Source: Tubulanus polymorphus
Lineage: Eukaryota > Animalia > Nemertea
Length of the DNA: 64,000 nt
Direction: 5' to 3'
Assembly (NCBI RefSeq): GCF_964204645.1
Contig: NC_134026.1
Span: 10,873,950 to 10,937,949 of the forward strand
The position numbers and the translations under genes are program-made. The first letter of the stretch is position 1; every line of letters begins with the position of its first letter. This document shows positions 62,767 through 64,000 of this stretch, one piece after another. Below the pieces are notes generated by a model, which ran no database searches, had not been told where the DNA came from, and worked only from the letters and a program-made list of their open reading frames with translations.

Positions 62767-64000
62767 ATTTTTTTTTAGTACAAATTAATTTTATTAAACA
62801 AGTCAATGGTATACAAAATGAATACATGCTAAGGTCCAGAGGACATTACAAGCAATTACAATTATAATCGAAATTACAGTGACATTTGACGGTGATCAAA
62901 AATTAATAAATGCACGTAAACTGATAATTACACTAAAGGATGATAATATTAATAGCAATGAGTTGTAACAATAAAAGTAATAATAATAATAAATAATAGT
63001 AAATGATAATAATAATGATAATAATGATAATGATGATTATTATCATCAGTTTGAGATTCTTTGGTTCCTAGAAATGAATTTTGCAACAAGACAGATTACT
63101 GTCGAGTTTAAATCATAGTTATAAATGGAATTTCCAAAAAGTAGGAATTCGCATTTATTCAACATATTTAGTCTATTGAAATACGGAGGTAGTTGTAGGG
63201 AATCAAGCGAAGTGAGGAGGTTGCAAAAGTCATGATGGAGGAAAGGTTCTCGACACTGAAGAAGGAAATGTGTTGTCGATTGGATTTGGTTGTAGTAGGG
63301 GCAGTCAGGATCACTTACATCAACGAAATTATGAGAATAGAAATGAAATCTCAGGAAGAGGTCTACACGCAGACGATTAAGGCAGATTTCTTCATTTCGA
63401 TTGAGGTTTTTTATTATGGTTGAACTAAGAACATTGGAGTGGTATTTATTAAAGCAGGTTCTAGATTTGAAAAGGGAAAATGAATCACAGTTTTGAAGCT
63501 TTGGTTTAACATTATTCCAATGTTCCATAAGTTGAACAATGGGTGATCGCCTCATAAATGAAGAATAAGATGCTAGGATTCTAAAAGGTCGCTGCGTTCT
63601 AAGGGCACGAGGTTGGTTCTGGCCGCGTTATGGAAATTTGTGAAAATTGAATTTACGTATGGTGGGACAAACAAAGTATGGTTTTTCATTTTAAACATAT
63701 ACAGCAAATGCCGCTCTTTACGCCTGGCGGCTAGAGTTTGTCAGTTCAAAATATGCAGGACCTTATTAGTGTTTAAGCCGTGGATACAACCGGAGACAAG
63801 GATCGCAGCTCTGTAGTGAATCCTCTCCAGTTTGTTTAGATTAGAAGTAGAGGCTCCCTGGCAGATGATATCACAGTATTCAAAGTGAGGAGTTATAAAA
63901 GATTTATAGATTAATTCTAGATGACAAGATCTAAGTTTTCGGCTTAGCAGTTTCAGTGGATTTAGGAGTTTTTGAGTTTTAGTAACCAGATGTACGATGT
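62767..64000 (-). mobile_element. CR1/L2-group LINE 3' part, decayed, runs off the window
   Basis: Minus strand IYKSFITPHFEYCDII...LERIHYRAAILVSG; HWN..., LNRLRV, C-x(10)-HFLLQC; ATT/ATC-rich UTR, AATAAA-like signal and A tail. Confidence 0.75.

Overview
AT-rich eukaryotic genomic DNA, by repeat and gene types most likely a marine invertebrate (inference; species cannot be determined). It is dominated by nested transposable elements and has two convincing host genes: an intronless LicD/fukutin-family nucleotidyltransferase (38342-39343 +) and a divergent class A GPCR (52945-53946 -). In order, the window holds: (1) the 3' half of a decayed DIRS1-type tyrosine-recombinase retrotransposon (RT, RNase H, Dam-like methyltransferase, YR, ICR/terminal complementarity), inserted at a T-run in a repeat with 154-bp CTCF-motif monomers; (2) MITEs and a Tc1/mariner relic; (3) a four-level nest at 23630-36940 (truncated Tx1/L1 > TTAA MITE > full-length Tx1/L1 of the same family > RTE-X-like LINE); (4) a Crack/L2-like LINE starting right after the LicD stop; (5) a ~9.5-kb Helentron/HINE-like element (41861-51351) that splits a Penelope GIY-YIG relic and contains an inverted copy of the 3' end of the neighbouring GPCR gene plus a Mag-type Gypsy with identical 109-bp LTRs; (6) further decayed LINEs at the right end. 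No prokaryote-style system (CRISPR, operon) is present. The best candidate for something undescribed is the HINE that appears to have copied its own flanking DNA inward by fold-back at two scales. All calls come from reading the sequence by eye; no searches were run.
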